Source of the DNA: Lama glama
Taxonomy: Eukaryota
Direction of reading: 5' to 3'
Assembly (NCBI GenBank): GCA_028534125.1
Contig: CM052816.1
Coordinates: 39,186,001-39,250,000 of the forward strand
DNA length: 64,000 nucleotides
Below the pieces are notes generated by a model, which searched no databases, had not been told where the DNA came from, and worked only from the letters and a program-made list of their open reading frames with translations. How positions within the stretch are numbered: position 1 is the stretch's first letter; each line of letters begins with the position of its first letter. Made by a program: the position numbers and the translations under genes. Below, piece by piece: positions 62,552 through 64,000 of this stretch.

Positions 62552-63177
62552 GTAAGTTTGCTCTCCAGTGTAAATGTCTCAGTATCATTTCATCTTGTTG
62601 CATGTTTAATTCATAAGTAAAGCATAACATATGCTTATTAAAAAGTTAGTTGTGATTTCATAGGTATTTACATTAGATAAATACAATATTACTTTTTTGC
62701 TTAATTATATACTGATGTATCATGATAAATCCAGTTATGATTTTTATTGACATCCTGCTTTATTTCCTGGGCTGGAAATGCCAGCCTTCCTGGAGGTGCC
62801 ATCCAAGCAGTAGGCTGTCTAGATTGCTTGAATGAAGGCGGGCTACTTTATACAGGTGTGGAGATAAGAGCTCTGCCATCCTGCATGACTTACTTCATCC
62901 TCCATGGGCTTGACTAGAGTCAACAAAAGAAACCACAAAATAGTACTCAGAAGCTCCTGTGCAGTTTTCCATTTCAGATTAATGCTTTTTATTTGTGACT
63001 CGATTTTTTTCCTTTGTGATCTAATTTTTAGCAGCACAAGTTTCTCTTAAATTCCATCCCTGAGGTTCCTGGAAGGGAGTGCTGACTAGACAATGCATGA
63101 CCCTACATCCAATTGATGCATAATTTATTTGCACATGAGTTTTCACTTTATCAGTCTATTATTCTAATGTAGGGGAC

Positions 63178-63535
63178 TGTCTTAGTCCATTTGGACTGCT
63201 ATAACAGATTATCAAACACAGATTGGCTAATAAACAAGAGAAATTTATTTCTCACAATCCTGGAGGCTGGGAAGGGGAAGATGAGGGTGCCCACAGACTC
63301 ATTATCTGGTGAGGTCCCACTTCCTCGTTCACAGATAGCTGTCTTTTTGCTGTGACAGAAGGGACAAGGGAGCTCTCTGAGGCCTCCTCGTTAAGGGCAT
63401 TAATCCCATTTATGAGGGCTCCATTTTTATGACCTAATCCCTTCCCAAAGGCCACACCTCCAAATAGCATCACATTGGGGGTTAGATTTCAGCATATGAA
63501 TTTTGGGGTGACACAACATTCAGTCTCTATAGTCA
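63178..63535 (-). mobile_element. MaLR solo LTR (MLT1A-like), antisense
   Basis: tgtcttagtccatttggactgctataaca..agggcattaatccc..ggggtgacacaacattcagtc; related to the 17209-17531 element in reverse complement. Confidence 0.9.
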
Positions 63536-63889
63536 CTGGAAGTCAAGTGTGTTCAGTGCAGCCCTGATAGAACTAACTCTCCTTAGGCTCATCCCCAGTA
63601 AGGAAACCACTATATGTCAACCTGTTTTCTCTCCGTACTTTGCTTTGGTCTCTCCACAAGATCTGATGCTCTCTCTCTACAAGTTCTGGCTAATCTGTAC
63701 AACTTCTGCATTTACTCATTTAACAATGCTTTTATTTCAGTTAGCTAATAGTGGTGTTTTTCACTCTTCTGATTCACAGATATTCTTCCTGAGGTCCTCT
63801 CCTGATCAATATTTCTCATATGACAGTTTCAATCTTTATATTTTAGTAACACACAAAAATAGGAAGTTTTTCAAAAACTAAGCATGGCA

Positions 63890-64000
63890 GGGGGGTTGCA
63901 GACCCATGAGACCATCCCAGATTTGATATTCTCTAGGACTGACAGTTCTCAGGGCTATGGTTTATTACAGCAAAAGGATACAAAGAAAAATCAGCAAAGG
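63890..64000. mobile_element. MER21-like LTR, truncated by the window end
   Basis: ggctatggtttattacagcaaaaggatacaaagaaaaatcagcaaagg resembles MER21-family sequence. Confidence 0.65.

Overview
Mammalian (eutherian) genomic DNA, AT-rich and dense in repeats, with a 500-N assembly gap at 227-726. The tRNA-Ala-derived SINEs and the absence of recognisable Alu, Bov-A or PRE-1 elements suggest a camelid; this is inference. The window covers the junction of two tandem, same-strand OATP transporter genes. At the left are the last coding exon (2597-2739) and a probable 3'-UTR exon of SLCO6A1; the ORF track misses the coding exon. To the right are the CpG-island promoter and coding exons 1-3 of SLCO4C1 (36384-36729, 39806-40069, 62369-62551), which splice in frame; the gene continues beyond the window. 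The rest is intergenic or intronic sequence filled with L1, L2, MIR, MaLR/ERV LTRs, hAT DNA transposons and a decayed ERV-L provirus. Nearly all other ORF-track entries are repeat-derived or chance ORFs. I see no convincing new multi-gene system. The best leads are: a sense-oriented solo LTR ~5.7 kb upstream of the SLCO4C1 ATG with a 7x CCAAT array, an octamer, a TATA box and no poly(A) signal; a TSD-flanked tailless tRNA-Ala half; a 39-bp young L1 insertion; and an ERV-L fossil with a dUTPase remnant after its integrase. Repeat subfamily names come from recognition by eye, and repeat boundaries are approximate unless a TSD is given.
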